Shown: positions 46,263-55,293 of the stretch, one piece after another
Layout: every line of letters begins with the position of its first letter
How positions within the stretch are numbered: position 1 is the first letter of the stretch
NCBI GenBank assembly: GCA_965207755.1
Contig: OZ242297.1
Location: 2,375,406 to 2,439,405, forward strand
DNA from: Acidimicrobiales bacterium
GTDB lineage: Bacteria > Actinomycetota > Acidimicrobiia > Acidimicrobiales > Aldehydirespiratoraceae
Length of the DNA stretch: 64,000 nucleotides
Direction of reading: 5' to 3'
Notes under the pieces: model-generated
What the model was told of the DNA's origin: nothing
Seen by the model: only the letters and a program-made list of their open reading frames with translations
Database searches by the model: none
Position numbers and translations under genes: made by a program

Positions 46263-48011
46263 ATGACCGCCGACCCCGAGAATGCCGAGGCTCGGCCGGC
46301 GCCCGAGCCCGACACGCGGCATCCAACTCGGTCGGCGGAGGTCTGGCGGCTGGCGACAGTCGGGCTTGCCTGTCTGATCGTCGGCGCCGTGATCGGCTTT
46401 GCGGCAGCCCCCGGCGGGGAGCAGCCGATCACGCTGCGCCCTCCCCCGCCGCTCTCCGGCAGCGTGTCGTCGCATCCCCCGGAACCGCAGCCGGCAAGCA
46501 CGGAGGCAGGCCTCGCGCCGCCGGAAGCGCCCGAAGCGATGCCTCCGACGGACGAGCACGCGGTTCTCGCGCCGCCGGAAGCGCCCGAGGCGATGCCTCC
46601 GGCGGACGAGCACGCGGTTCTCGCGCCGCCGGAAGCGCCCGAGGCGATGCCTCCGGCGGACGAGCACACTGTCGTCTATCGGGACGGGCACTTCTGGCCC
46701 GAGCGGCTCGACGTCGTCACCGGCGACACGGTGGTGTTCCTCAACGACAGCGAGCAGCCTGTGTGGCCTGCGTCCAACATCCATCCCACCCACGCGATCC
46801 TGCCCGAGTTCGACCCGCTGGGCGTGATCCGCCCCGGCGAGGCATGGCAGCACACCTTCACCAAGAGCGGCTACTGGCGGTACCACAACCACATTGAGCC
46901 CTCCGAGGTCGGGATGATCGTCGCGCTCGGGGCGCCCGAGGACGTCGAGCCGCTGCCGGCTGTGCTGGAACCGCTCAGATTCCCGGCGGCGCCGCCAGGC
47001 ACAGCCGACGATCACGATCTGGTCGACGACGATGCGGCCCTCGCAGCGTTCGTGGAGACGTACGGCCCGACACAGGCGACGCTGCTGCTGTCGGACAGGG
47101 GGATCGCCACCGGGTGGAGTTGCCACGACCGCGCCCACGAGGTCGGACGCCTCTCCTACGAGATCCACGGCCCGGCCTCCATCGTGTCGTCGCCGCACGA
47201 ATGCCAGGCCGGAGCGATGCACGGCGCGCTGGAGGCGCTGTTCGCCGACCGCGGCACCGGGCGCCTCGACTCCGACTTCTTGGCGCTGTGCTCGGCGTTC
47301 GCCGACGACTTCGCACGACACAACTGTCTTCACGGCATCGGGCATGGGCTGATGGCGTGGACGTCCTATGAACTGCACGAGGCGCTCGGTCTGTGCGGGC
47401 GGGCGCCGTCCGACTGGGCCGCCGCATCCTGTGCCTCCGGGGTGTTCATGGAGAATGTGGTCGGCGGGCTGTCGGGCCTGATGGGGCACGAGACCGAGTA
47501 TCTGCGCCCCGACGATCCGGTCTTTCCGTGCGATGCGGTGGCCGAGCAGTGGGTGGACGACTGCTACTTCTACCAGACCTCCCACATGGCCGGGATTCTC
47601 GGCGGCGACTTCGCCGCAGTGTCCGAGCTCTGCGCCGAGGCGCCCGAGACGGCGCAGCTCGCCTGCTACGCCTCGATGGGCAGAGACGTCTCAGTCTGGG
47701 TGGGCAAGGATCCAGCCGCAGGGATCGCCCAGTGCGGCCACGCCCCCGACGGCCCTCCCCGAGTGGAGTGCCTGCAGGGCGCCATGCAGGACGCGTTCTG
47801 GTCGGCCGAGGGAGCGCCGACAGCAGCCGAGTTCTGCCGGCTGCTCGCACCGGGGTCGGCGGAGGCCGAACGGTGCTACGAGGTGCTGCTGGATAGAGCC
47901 CGCAGCGTGCTGAGCGACCCGTCGCAGCGCGCCGGCCTGTGCGAGTCGATCCATGACGGCTACTGGCGCCATGAGTGCCGGGACCGGCTGAATGACTCGC
48001 ACTCATACTGA
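46263..48011 (+). CDS. Membrane-anchored protein: Pro-rich repeats, cupredoxin-like domain (tentative), Cys/His-repeat C-terminal domain
   Basis: TM segment VWRLATVGLACLIVGAVIGFAAA. The cupredoxin-like part is FWPERLDVVTGDTVVFLNDSEQPVWPASNIHPTH. At least 7 Cys-initiated helical units follow (CHDRAHEVG, CQAGAMHG, CLHGIGHG ...). Confidence 0.7.
   Translation: MTADPENAEARPAPEPDTRHPTRSAEVWRLATVGLACLIVGAVIGFAAAPGGEQPITLRPPPPLSGSVSSHPPEPQPASTEAGLAPPEAPEAMPPTDEHAVLAPPEAPEAMPPADEHAVLAPPEAPEAMPPADEHTVVYRDGHFWPERLDVVTGDTVVFLNDSEQPVWPASNIHPTHAILPEFDPLGVIRPGEAWQHTFTKSGYWRYHNHIEPSEVGMIVALGAPEDVEPLPAVLEPLRFPAAPPGTADDHDLVDDDAALAAFVETYGPTQATLLLSDRGIATGWSCHDRAHEVGRLSYEIHGPASIVSSPHECQAGAMHGALEALFADRGTGRLDSDFLALCSAFADDFARHNCLHGIGHGLMAWTSYELHEALGLCGRAPSDWAAASCASGVFMENVVGGLSGLMGHETEYLRPDDPVFPCDAVAEQWVDDCYFYQTSHMAGILGGDFAAVSELCAEAPETAQLACYASMGRDVSVWVGKDPAAGIAQCGHAPDGPPRVECLQGAMQDAFWSAEGAPTAAEFCRLLAPGSAEAERCYEVLLDRARSVLSDPSQRAGLCESIHDGYWRHECRDRLNDSHSY
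46512..46673 (+). repeat. 3 x 54-nt tandem repeat encoding LAPPEAPEAMPP(T/A)DEH(A/T)V
   Basis: Direct reading. Units start at 46512, 46566 and 46620. Confidence 0.9.
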
Positions 48012-48039
48012 CAACGCACGGACGCGCCGGGTACCGCGG

Positions 48040-49344
48040 CTACGTGTCGGGGCTTGCTTCGGAGAAGCGGTCGATCCGTCGCAGTTCCGGGAACACCAGC
48101 CACCAGACGGCGACCACCGCGAGGGTGCCCGCCCCGCCGAACACCACCGCGCCGGCCACACCGAGCAGCGCCGCGGTCACGCCCGATCTGAACCCGCCCA
48201 GCTCGTTCGAGCCGCCGATGAAGACGTACTCCACCGCAAGGACCCGTCCCCGCATCTCCTCCGGCGTGGCCAACGGGACGAGTGTGCCGCGCACGAAGAT
48301 GCTCACGGCGTCCGCCCCGCCCAGCACCAGCATCGCCGCGAAGGCCACGAAGTAGGAGCGGGTCAGCCCGAGAACGATCGTCCCCGCGCCGAACAGGGCG
48401 ACCGAGCCCAGCAACGACGGGCCCACTCGCCGCTGGAACGGCCGCACCGACAAGGCCAGCATCACTGCCGCGGCCCCGATGCCGACCGCGGACGTCAGCC
48501 AGCCGAGGCGAACCGCGCCCACGCCGAGGCGCTCGGCGGCGATGGCGGGCAGCAGCAGATGCACGCCGCCGAGGAACACCGCGAACAGGTCGAGGGAGAT
48601 CGCCCCGAGCAACACCCGGTTGCGCCGGACGTACCGCAGACCCTCGAGGGCCTGCGAGGTCACGGCCCGGGCGTCGCCGCCGGACGCGAGCGCAGCCCGT
48701 CGCACGTCGCTCGGCGGCACGAGCATGAGCAGGCCGATCCCGGCCGCCGCGCACCCGGCGGCGAGCAGGTACGGAAGGGCCGGATCGACGTCGAAGGCGA
48801 GTCCGAACACCACCGGGCCGACGATGAAGCCCCCCTGCCAGCCGGCGACGTTCAACGCCACCATCCGCTCGCGGGCCCCTTCCGGCGCCAGGTCCACCGG
48901 CATGGCCCGGCCCACCGCCATGAGGAAGGCCCGGGCGGCGCCGAACGTGACGACCAGGCCGTAGATTGGGAGCACCGACGCGGGATCCGACGCCACATAG
49001 AAGAACAGGCCGAGCGAGGCGACGGCCTCGCCGCCGAGGCCCCAGGCGAACACCAGCCGGCGCTCGAAGCGGTCGGCGACCATGCCGCTGATCGGGGCGA
49101 GCAGGAAGGCGGGCACGAATTCGGCCAACCCCAGCAGTCCCAGGAAGATCGGCTTGCCGGTCATGTCGAAGACCTGCTTGCCCAGGAACGTGATCTGGCC
49201 CATGGTCAACGCCATCGAGCAGAAGGTCGCTCCGAAGAGCGCCCAGAGCCGCGGCTCGATCCGCCCCGGCGGGCCGGTCCGCTCCTGAGGGCTGCTCCGT
49301 CCGCTCGGCGCCTGGCTTGGCATCCGCGGAACGCTAACGCCCAC
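48040..49344 (-). CDS. MFS transporter
   Basis: 12-TM-like profile with a GMVADRFERR loop motif. Confidence 0.85.
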   Translation of the reverse strand: MGVSVPRMPSQAPSGRSSPQERTGPPGRIEPRLWALFGATFCSMALTMGQITFLGKQVFDMTGKPIFLGLLGLAEFVPAFLLAPISGMVADRFERRLVFAWGLGGEAVASLGLFFYVASDPASVLPIYGLVVTFGAARAFLMAVGRAMPVDLAPEGARERMVALNVAGWQGGFIVGPVVFGLAFDVDPALPYLLAAGCAAAGIGLLMLVPPSDVRRAALASGGDARAVTSQALEGLRYVRRNRVLLGAISLDLFAVFLGGVHLLLPAIAAERLGVGAVRLGWLTSAVGIGAAAVMLALSVRPFQRRVGPSLLGSVALFGAGTIVLGLTRSYFVAFAAMLVLGGADAVSIFVRGTLVPLATPEEMRGRVLAVEYVFIGGSNELGGFRSGVTAALLGVAGAVVFGGAGTLAVVAVWWLVFPELRRIDRFSEASPDT

Positions 49345-49360
49345 CTAGCCTCTGGTCCGC

Positions 49361-51463
49361 ATGGCCCTGCCCGCACTCGGCGACTTCCTGCCAGACACGC
49401 CCGGCGCCGACGAGCTGCTCGACGCCCTCATCGAGTGGTCGGCGCAGTCGGGGCTGGAGCTCTACCCCCACCAGGAGGAGGCGGTACTGCGGCTGCTGGC
49501 CGGCGAGAACGTGGTGCTGTCCACGCCCACCGGCTCGGGCAAGTCGCTGGTGGCCCTGGCCGGGGCGTTCGCCACGCTGGCCCAGGGCCGCCGCGCCGTC
49601 TACACCGCCCCGGTCAAGGCCCTGGTGAGCGAGAAGTTCTTCGAGCTGACGGCGGCTTTCGGACCGTCGGAGGTCGGGATGGTCACCGGCGACGCCTCGG
49701 TCAACGCCGACGCACCCGTCATCGCCTGCACGGCGGAGATCCTGGCTCAGCGGGCCCTGCGGGCAGGCGCCGACGCCGCGGCCGACCTCGTGGTGATGGA
49801 CGAGTTCCACTACTACGGCGACCGCGATCGGGGCTGGGCCTGGCAGGTTCCCCTGCTGGAGTTGCCGAGGTCCCGGTTCCTGCTCATGTCGGCCACTCTC
49901 GGCGACACGACCGGGCTGCGCCGCGATCTCACCGCCCGCACCGGGCGCGACACCGCCCTGGTGGCCTCGGCCGAGCGCCCGGTCCCCCTCGACGTCGAGT
50001 ACCGCGAGACCCCTCTGCACGTCTCCATCGAGCAGTTGCTCTCCGCGGGCCAGGCCCCGGTGTACATCGTTCACTTCACCCAGCGGGAGGCCACGGCCCG
50101 GGCCCAGAGCCTCACCAGCCTCAAGGTGCTCAGCGCCGACGAGAAGGCGGCCGTCAAGGAGGCGGTGGGCGGGTTCCGCTTCGACACGCCCATCGGCAAG
50201 GACATGCGCCGCTTCCTGCTGGCCGGCATCGGCGTTCACCACGCCGGGATGCTGCCCAAGTACCGGCTGCTGGTGGAGAAGCTGGCCCAGCAGGGCCACC
50301 TCAAGCTGATCTGCGGCACCGACACGCTCGGGGTGGGCGTCAACGTCCCCATCCGCACGGTGCTGTTCACCCAGCTCTACAAGTACGACGGCCGACGGAC
50401 CCGGGTGCTGTCGGTGCGGGACTTCCAGCAGATCGCCGGCCGGGCCGGGCGGCGGGGATTCGACACCGTCGGCAGCGTGTGGGTGCAGGCCCCCGAGCAC
50501 GCGGTGGAGAACAAGCGGGCCGAGATGCGGGCCGCGGGCGACCCCAGGAGGCTCCGCAAGCTGGTCCGCAAGAAGCCTCCGGACCGGGGCTACGCCCACT
50601 ACGACGACAAGACCCTGACCCGTCTGTGGGAGGGCACTCCCGAGACGCTGGAATCCAGCTTCGACGTCACCCACGCCATGATGCTCAACGTCCTGGACCG
50701 GCCCGGCGACGGCTGCGCGGCCATGAAGCGCCTGCTGGTCGACAACCACGAGCCCCGCCCCCGCCAGCGACGGCACATCCGCAAGGCGGTCGGGGTGTTC
50801 CGCTCGCTGATCGACGCCGAGATCGTGGAGGTTCTGCCCGAGCCCGACGGGTCGGGCCGTCCCGTGCGGGTCAACATCGACCTTCAGGACGAGTTCCGGC
50901 TCAACCAGCCGCTGGGGCTGTTCGCGGTGGAGGCCGTCTCGGTCCTCGACCCGGAGGCTCCCGACTACCACCTGCAGGCGCTGAGCGTGGCCGAGTCGGT
51001 GCTGGAGGATCCGCTGGCGGTGCTGCTGGCCCAGCGGGATGCGGCCCGCGACGAGCTGATGACCCGCATGAAGGAGGAGGGCGTGGAGTACGAGGAGCGG
51101 ATGGCCCGGCTGGCCGAGGTGACCTGGCCCAAGCCCGAGGCCGAGTTCATCGAGCCCGCCTTCGACACCTTCGCCCGCCATCACCCGTGGGTCGGGCATC
51201 TGCGGCCCAGCCCCAAGTCGGTGGTGCGCGACATGGTCGAGCACGCCGACACCTTCAACCAGTATGTGAGCCGTTACGGGCTCAAGCGCTCCGAGGGACT
51301 GGTGCTGCGCTACCTGACGGACTGCTACAAGGCGCTGGTGCAGACCGTGCCGGCGGCCGCGGTCGACGACCGGCTGGCCGAGGTGATCGAGTGGCTGGGC
51401 AAGCTGGTGCGCGAGGTCGACAGCAGCCTGCTGGACGAATGGGAGCGCCTGCGGGCCGCGTGA
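49361..51463 (+). CDS. DEAD/DEAH-box (Ski2-like) helicase with DUF3516-like C-terminal region
   Basis: Motifs STPTGSGKS, MDEFHYY, LMSATL and HHAGMLP. Confidence 0.85.
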   Translation: MALPALGDFLPDTPGADELLDALIEWSAQSGLELYPHQEEAVLRLLAGENVVLSTPTGSGKSLVALAGAFATLAQGRRAVYTAPVKALVSEKFFELTAAFGPSEVGMVTGDASVNADAPVIACTAEILAQRALRAGADAAADLVVMDEFHYYGDRDRGWAWQVPLLELPRSRFLLMSATLGDTTGLRRDLTARTGRDTALVASAERPVPLDVEYRETPLHVSIEQLLSAGQAPVYIVHFTQREATARAQSLTSLKVLSADEKAAVKEAVGGFRFDTPIGKDMRRFLLAGIGVHHAGMLPKYRLLVEKLAQQGHLKLICGTDTLGVGVNVPIRTVLFTQLYKYDGRRTRVLSVRDFQQIAGRAGRRGFDTVGSVWVQAPEHAVENKRAEMRAAGDPRRLRKLVRKKPPDRGYAHYDDKTLTRLWEGTPETLESSFDVTHAMMLNVLDRPGDGCAAMKRLLVDNHEPRPRQRRHIRKAVGVFRSLIDAEIVEVLPEPDGSGRPVRVNIDLQDEFRLNQPLGLFAVEAVSVLDPEAPDYHLQALSVAESVLEDPLAVLLAQRDAARDELMTRMKEEGVEYEERMARLAEVTWPKPEAEFIEPAFDTFARHHPWVGHLRPSPKSVVRDMVEHADTFNQYVSRYGLKRSEGLVLRYLTDCYKALVQTVPAAAVDDRLAEVIEWLGKLVREVDSSLLDEWERLRAA

Positions 51464-51465
51464 TG

Positions 51466-51515
51466 CCCGCTCTTGTTCGCTTCGCTCACGGGCCGCTCGG
51501 GCCCCGGCCTCGCCC
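51466..51515 (+). repeat. Interspersed repeat, copy D
   Basis: CCCGCTCTTGTTCGCTTCGCTCACGGGCCGCTCGGGCCCCGGCCTCGCCC starts 3 nt after the helicase stop. Confidence 0.65.
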
Positions 51516-51616
51516 TCACCTCCTCGCCGTACCGGCGCCCCCGCCCGCCGACCCGGCGCCGACTCCCCCGCCGGTCGTTCTGACGCCGGCGTGTCGCCGG
51601 GTCACGAGACGCCGGG

Positions 51617-52489
51617 TCACGACTCGGGCGCCGGAGCGCGGCGGGTGGCCCCACCGACCAGGTCGACCAAGCTCGGGCATCCCTCGATCCTGGAGAACCG
51701 GCGGTCCACGTACACGAGCGTGGCGAAGATCAACAGGAAGGCTGCGAAGAAGTTCACGAACTGGCGGGTGACCAGGAACAGGTTGACCCCGGCGTTGTTG
51801 TAGAGCCAGATGTCCCAGACGGCCGAGCCGACCTCGTAGAAGGTGACCACCCAGGTGACGTTGCGCATGGCGGAAACGAAGCGGTGGTCGCGGAGCACCG
51901 CCTCGGGCAGGGGCACGAATCGGCGGGCCGCCCACAGCATGAAGGGCCTGCCGGCGAGGATCGTGGCTGCGGCAGCCACTCCGACCAGCATCTTGGTGCC
52001 GATCCCGATGCCGAAGTACACCGCCTCGGTGCTCACCCCGAAGTCGACCAGGTCGCGCTCCACGGAGACGGCGACGGCGGCACGGACCAGCAGGTAGCCG
52101 GTGATGACCGGCAGCCAGGCGCCGATCGGCAGACCGCGGCGGCGCCGGCTGAAGGCCGCCTTCACAGACCATGCCGTGGCCGCGATGACGGCGATCTCGA
52201 TGTTGTTCAGCCCGCCGAGCCGCGCCGCCTCGAGGTTGAAGAAAACCAGGAACAGCACCACCGGCATGATCTGGTCGACGTTGCTGCGCCAGCCCCACAC
52301 CGCCTGCCGGGAGGTCCTGGCCAGGTCCCGGTGATCGGCGGTCGATCCATCGCTGCGGGGCACGCCGTCGCCGGCGGTCGGTCCGTCGCTGCCGGCCGGT
52401 CCGGGCGAGTCGGTCAGCGCGCTGGCCGCTTCGGGCACAGCGCCGGGCGAGCCGGACTCGGCCGGGGCGGGTTCGGGGTTCTGGTTCAC
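51617..52489 (-). CDS. Multi-pass membrane protein (DUF3159-like, tentative)
   Basis: GTG 52489 overlaps the upstream stop (GTGA). A Pro/Ser/Gly-rich N-terminal region is followed by 6-7 hydrophobic segments. Confidence 0.6.
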   Translation of the reverse strand: MNQNPEPAPAESGSPGAVPEAASALTDSPGPAGSDGPTAGDGVPRSDGSTADHRDLARTSRQAVWGWRSNVDQIMPVVLFLVFFNLEAARLGGLNNIEIAVIAATAWSVKAAFSRRRRGLPIGAWLPVITGYLLVRAAVAVSVERDLVDFGVSTEAVYFGIGIGTKMLVGVAAAATILAGRPFMLWAARRFVPLPEAVLRDHRFVSAMRNVTWVVTFYEVGSAVWDIWLYNNAGVNLFLVTRQFVNFFAAFLLIFATLVYVDRRFSRIEGCPSLVDLVGGATRRAPAPES

Positions 52490-53217
52490 GGAGCGAGGGC
52501 TGCCCAGGCTCGGGCGACCTGCTCGTCGCCCACCACTGACAGCGAGGGGTCGTCGAGCGGCAGCCGGTTCCACATGGCCAGGAACAACGCCCCTCCCGGC
52601 CCGCGCATGGCGGCGTCGCCCTTGACGTGGGCGCGCTCCATCACGACTTCGTCGCCGTCGGCGTGCACGATCCACTCGCCCTCGCCGTCGGTGCGGTGCA
52701 CGTGCAGGCTGCCCGCCGGGAGGTCCCGGCGCTTGCGCTGCTGGGCGTTGGGCAGCACGAACTCGAAGAACTCGTCGACCCCGTCGCGGCCGTGGTCCCC
52801 GTCGACCGGTCCCGTGTCCCCCACCGCATTCTCGGCGTCCCAGCGGTGGACGCTGGTCTCGTGCAGCATCCGGCGGAAGTAGAAGCCGGCGTCGGGTCGG
52901 GGCGACCAGTTCCACACCGGTGTGTCGGGCTCGATGCCGACCAGGGCGTCGATCAGCCGGTCGAGAGCCTCGGCCGCGAAGTCGACCGCCGAGTCGTCGT
53001 CGGGCACCTGGGGCATCTGCTCCCGGCCCAGGGGCTCGGTTGCCCGGGCCGCCACGTAGCTCCCCACCAGCCCGTGCACCCATCCCATGTGGCCGGCCAG
53101 GTCGCGCAGCGTCCAGTCGCCGCAGGTGGGCACGGCCGCTCCCAGGTCGGATCGGGCCACCTCGATCAGGCGCCGCCCGTCGGTCTCGACCTGGCTGACG
53201 ATCGCGTCTTTGTCCAT
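52486..53217 (-). CDS. Mycothiol-dependent maleylpyruvate isomerase family (DinB_2/MDMPI_N) protein
   Basis: The start is MDKDAIV at 53217. Contains CGDWTLRDLAGHMGWVH..FRRMLHETSVHRWDAE. Confidence 0.8.
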   Translation of the reverse strand: MDKDAIVSQVETDGRRLIEVARSDLGAAVPTCGDWTLRDLAGHMGWVHGLVGSYVAARATEPLGREQMPQVPDDDSAVDFAAEALDRLIDALVGIEPDTPVWNWSPRPDAGFYFRRMLHETSVHRWDAENAVGDTGPVDGDHGRDGVDEFFEFVLPNAQQRKRRDLPAGSLHVHRTDGEGEWIVHADGDEVVMERAHVKGDAAMRGPGGALFLAMWNRLPLDDPSLSVVGDEQVARAWAALAP

Positions 53218-53283
53218 GGCCACAGTCTGGCCCTCCGATCGGCCAGTCGCGACACCCGCGGCCTGCTGGGGCAGGATGAGCGG

Positions 53284-54081
53284 ATGGGCATCTACGCGAT
53301 CAGTGGCGCCGCGTCGGGAATGGGGGCCGCCGCCCGGTCCCGGATTGAGGCCGCGGGACACCGGGTGATCGGCATCGACCTGCGCGACGCAGAGGTGTGC
53401 GCCGACCTGGGAACGGCCGAAGGCCGGGCCGAAGCGGTCGGCGCCGTCGTCGACGCGGCCGGTGGAGTCCTCGACGGCGCGGTCTCGGCCGCGGGCCTCG
53501 GCCCGCCGACGGCGGGAGAGATCATTGCCCGGGTCAACTACTTCGGTTCGGTGGCGCTGCTGGAGGGGCTGCGGCCCGCGCTGGCCGCCTCGGGCTCGGC
53601 CCAGGTTGTGCAGTTCGGGTCCAACTCGTCGACCACGACGCCGAACCTGCCCGACGAGTTGTTGGCCGCCTGCCTGGAGGGCCGTGAGGAGGACGCGGTG
53701 GCCGTCGTGAGCGAAGCCGATCCGGTGTTCGCCCCGGCCGTGGCCTACGCGGGCGCCAAACTGGCCGTCACCCGCTGGTGCCGCCGGGCCGCGGTCACGG
53801 AGCCATGGGTGGCTGAGGGCATCCGGCTGAATGTGATCGCGCCGGGGCCGGTCGACACGCCACTGCTGCGCCGGGGCCGGGCCGACGAGGTGTACGGCCC
53901 GCTCATGGAGGCGTTCCCGGTGCCGGTCACCGAGACGCCCGACGCCGACGCCCTGGCTCAGTGGGTGGAGTTCCTGCTGTCGCCGGCGGCGAGGTTCGCC
54001 TGCGGATCCGTGTTCTACGTAGACGGCGGCACCGACGCCCTCATCCGCGCCGACGACTGGCCCCGCTCCTTCACCGTGTGA
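53284..54081 (+). CDS. SDR family oxidoreductase (3-alpha-HSD-like short form)
   Basis: Motifs ISGAASGMGAA, YAGAKLAV and NVIAPGPVDTPL. Confidence 0.8.
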   Translation: MGIYAISGAASGMGAAARSRIEAAGHRVIGIDLRDAEVCADLGTAEGRAEAVGAVVDAAGGVLDGAVSAAGLGPPTAGEIIARVNYFGSVALLEGLRPALAASGSAQVVQFGSNSSTTTPNLPDELLAACLEGREEDAVAVVSEADPVFAPAVAYAGAKLAVTRWCRRAAVTEPWVAEGIRLNVIAPGPVDTPLLRRGRADEVYGPLMEAFPVPVTETPDADALAQWVEFLLSPAARFACGSVFYVDGGTDALIRADDWPRSFTV

Positions 54082-54095
54082 CCGGCGGCAGCGGG

Positions 54096-54635
54096 TCACA
54101 CCAAGCGGTGGTGCAACTCGGCCACCAGCAGGCGCAGCTCGTCGGAGCAGCGGTCGAAGTCGTCCTGCTCGCCCGCGCCGGGGTCGACGATCTCCTCCCA
54201 CGGCGCCGGATCCAGCGCGTCCAGCTCGAGAGCCCTCACCCTCCGGCTTAGGTCCTCGCCGTCCTTCTTGCTCTCCGCCGGCGCCAGGTCGCGGGCCAGC
54301 CGGCGCAGCGATCCGGTGATCGGGGCTGCCTCGGGCAGGTTGCGGCGGATCCAGCGAAGGTGCAGCGGCTCCATCACCACCACCAGGTCGGCGTCGGCCG
54401 CGTCGGAGCTGCGGAACTGCCGCGACCGGTGGGCATGGTCGACCAGCCCGTGGCGGGCCAGCGCCGACCGGGTACGGGTACCGATGGGATGACCCTCCAG
54501 CGTGAGGATGCCCGCGCTGCGCACGTCGATCCGGTCATCGATGTCGAGGTCCCGAAGCATGGCCGCAGCCATGGGCGATCGGGCCGCGTTTCCGGTGCAC
54601 ACCATGTACACCACCGGCCGCTCCCCCATAGCCAT
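54096..54635 (-). CDS. Low-molecular-weight protein-tyrosine phosphatase / ArsC-like
   Basis: P-loop VCTGNAARSP (CX5R-S) and an acid-loop IVDPGAG. ATG 54635 overlaps the RloB stop (TGATG). Confidence 0.8.
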   Translation of the reverse strand: MAMGERPVVYMVCTGNAARSPMAAAMLRDLDIDDRIDVRSAGILTLEGHPIGTRTRSALARHGLVDHAHRSRQFRSSDAADADLVVVMEPLHLRWIRRNLPEAAPITGSLRRLARDLAPAESKKDGEDLSRRVRALELDALDPAPWEEIVDPGAGEQDDFDRCSDELRLLVAELHHRLV

Positions 54636-55293
54636 CACCAATTCTCCGCCGCCATCACAGCGGCTGAACCCCACGACCGCAGCCGGTCCACGAGACGCCA
54701 GACATCGGAACTCGGATTGGACCGCGGCGGCGAATCGTTGCCCTCATGCATGCTGTCCAGTTCCCGAGCTCGCCGCCTAGCATCCTCATAGTTGTCTCTG
54801 AGCGTCTTCCACGCGCTCGCCGGGATGCTCTTGCCGTGGATTAGGTTCAACTTCTTCGCATCCCGCTGGATCTCGCTGCGGTGAATGCTCGCCGCTTGAT
54901 CCTGGCAATGCAGCACCAACCACAATTCGAAGCACGGATTCGACACGGGTTGATGCCGCTCTGCCGCGCTTCCGCGATCGCCTGTTGCACATGCGGGTGC
55001 GCGCCCACATCGAACACGCACGAGATCTCGTCAAGATCGGGGGACCCGTGGCGCCTGCTGGCATGACGACTCGATCTTGCATCCTCACGGGCATGCCGCA
55101 CGAGGCTCATAGGCACCATGCCGGACTCTCCCCAGTCGATGCGTACGCCATCATTGAGACGCTCCCAATGGCTCAGATAGTCGGGTTCCGTGACCCGTCC
55201 CTCGGTGTGAACCCGGATGACGCGGGGCTCTTGGATTGCGCGCCCACCCCGAGGAGCGACCCGGCGCACCGGCTTCGGACGGGGCCGACTCAT
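54635..55293 (-). pseudogene. RloB-family (Toprim-like) protein, frameshifted
   Basis: Frame 1 (ORF 54847..55293) reads VIRVHTEGRVTEPDY..ISCVFDVGAHP..ARQSGIN. Frame 2 (ORF 54635..55021) reads VSNPCFELWLVLHCQ.. to the stop. The break lies at the C-run near 54946-54951. Confidence 0.7.

Noticed and set aside
47992-51771. Very long antisense or shadow ORFs in the six-frame track: 47992..51771 (1259 aa), 60575..63061 (828 aa), 36852..39026 (724 aa), 742..1986, 23409..25163 and 14448..15653.
   Set aside because: They have the Arg/Pro/Gly/Ala-dominated composition typical of out-of-frame or antisense reading of high-GC genes. Each overlaps genes with clear motifs on the other strand or frame.
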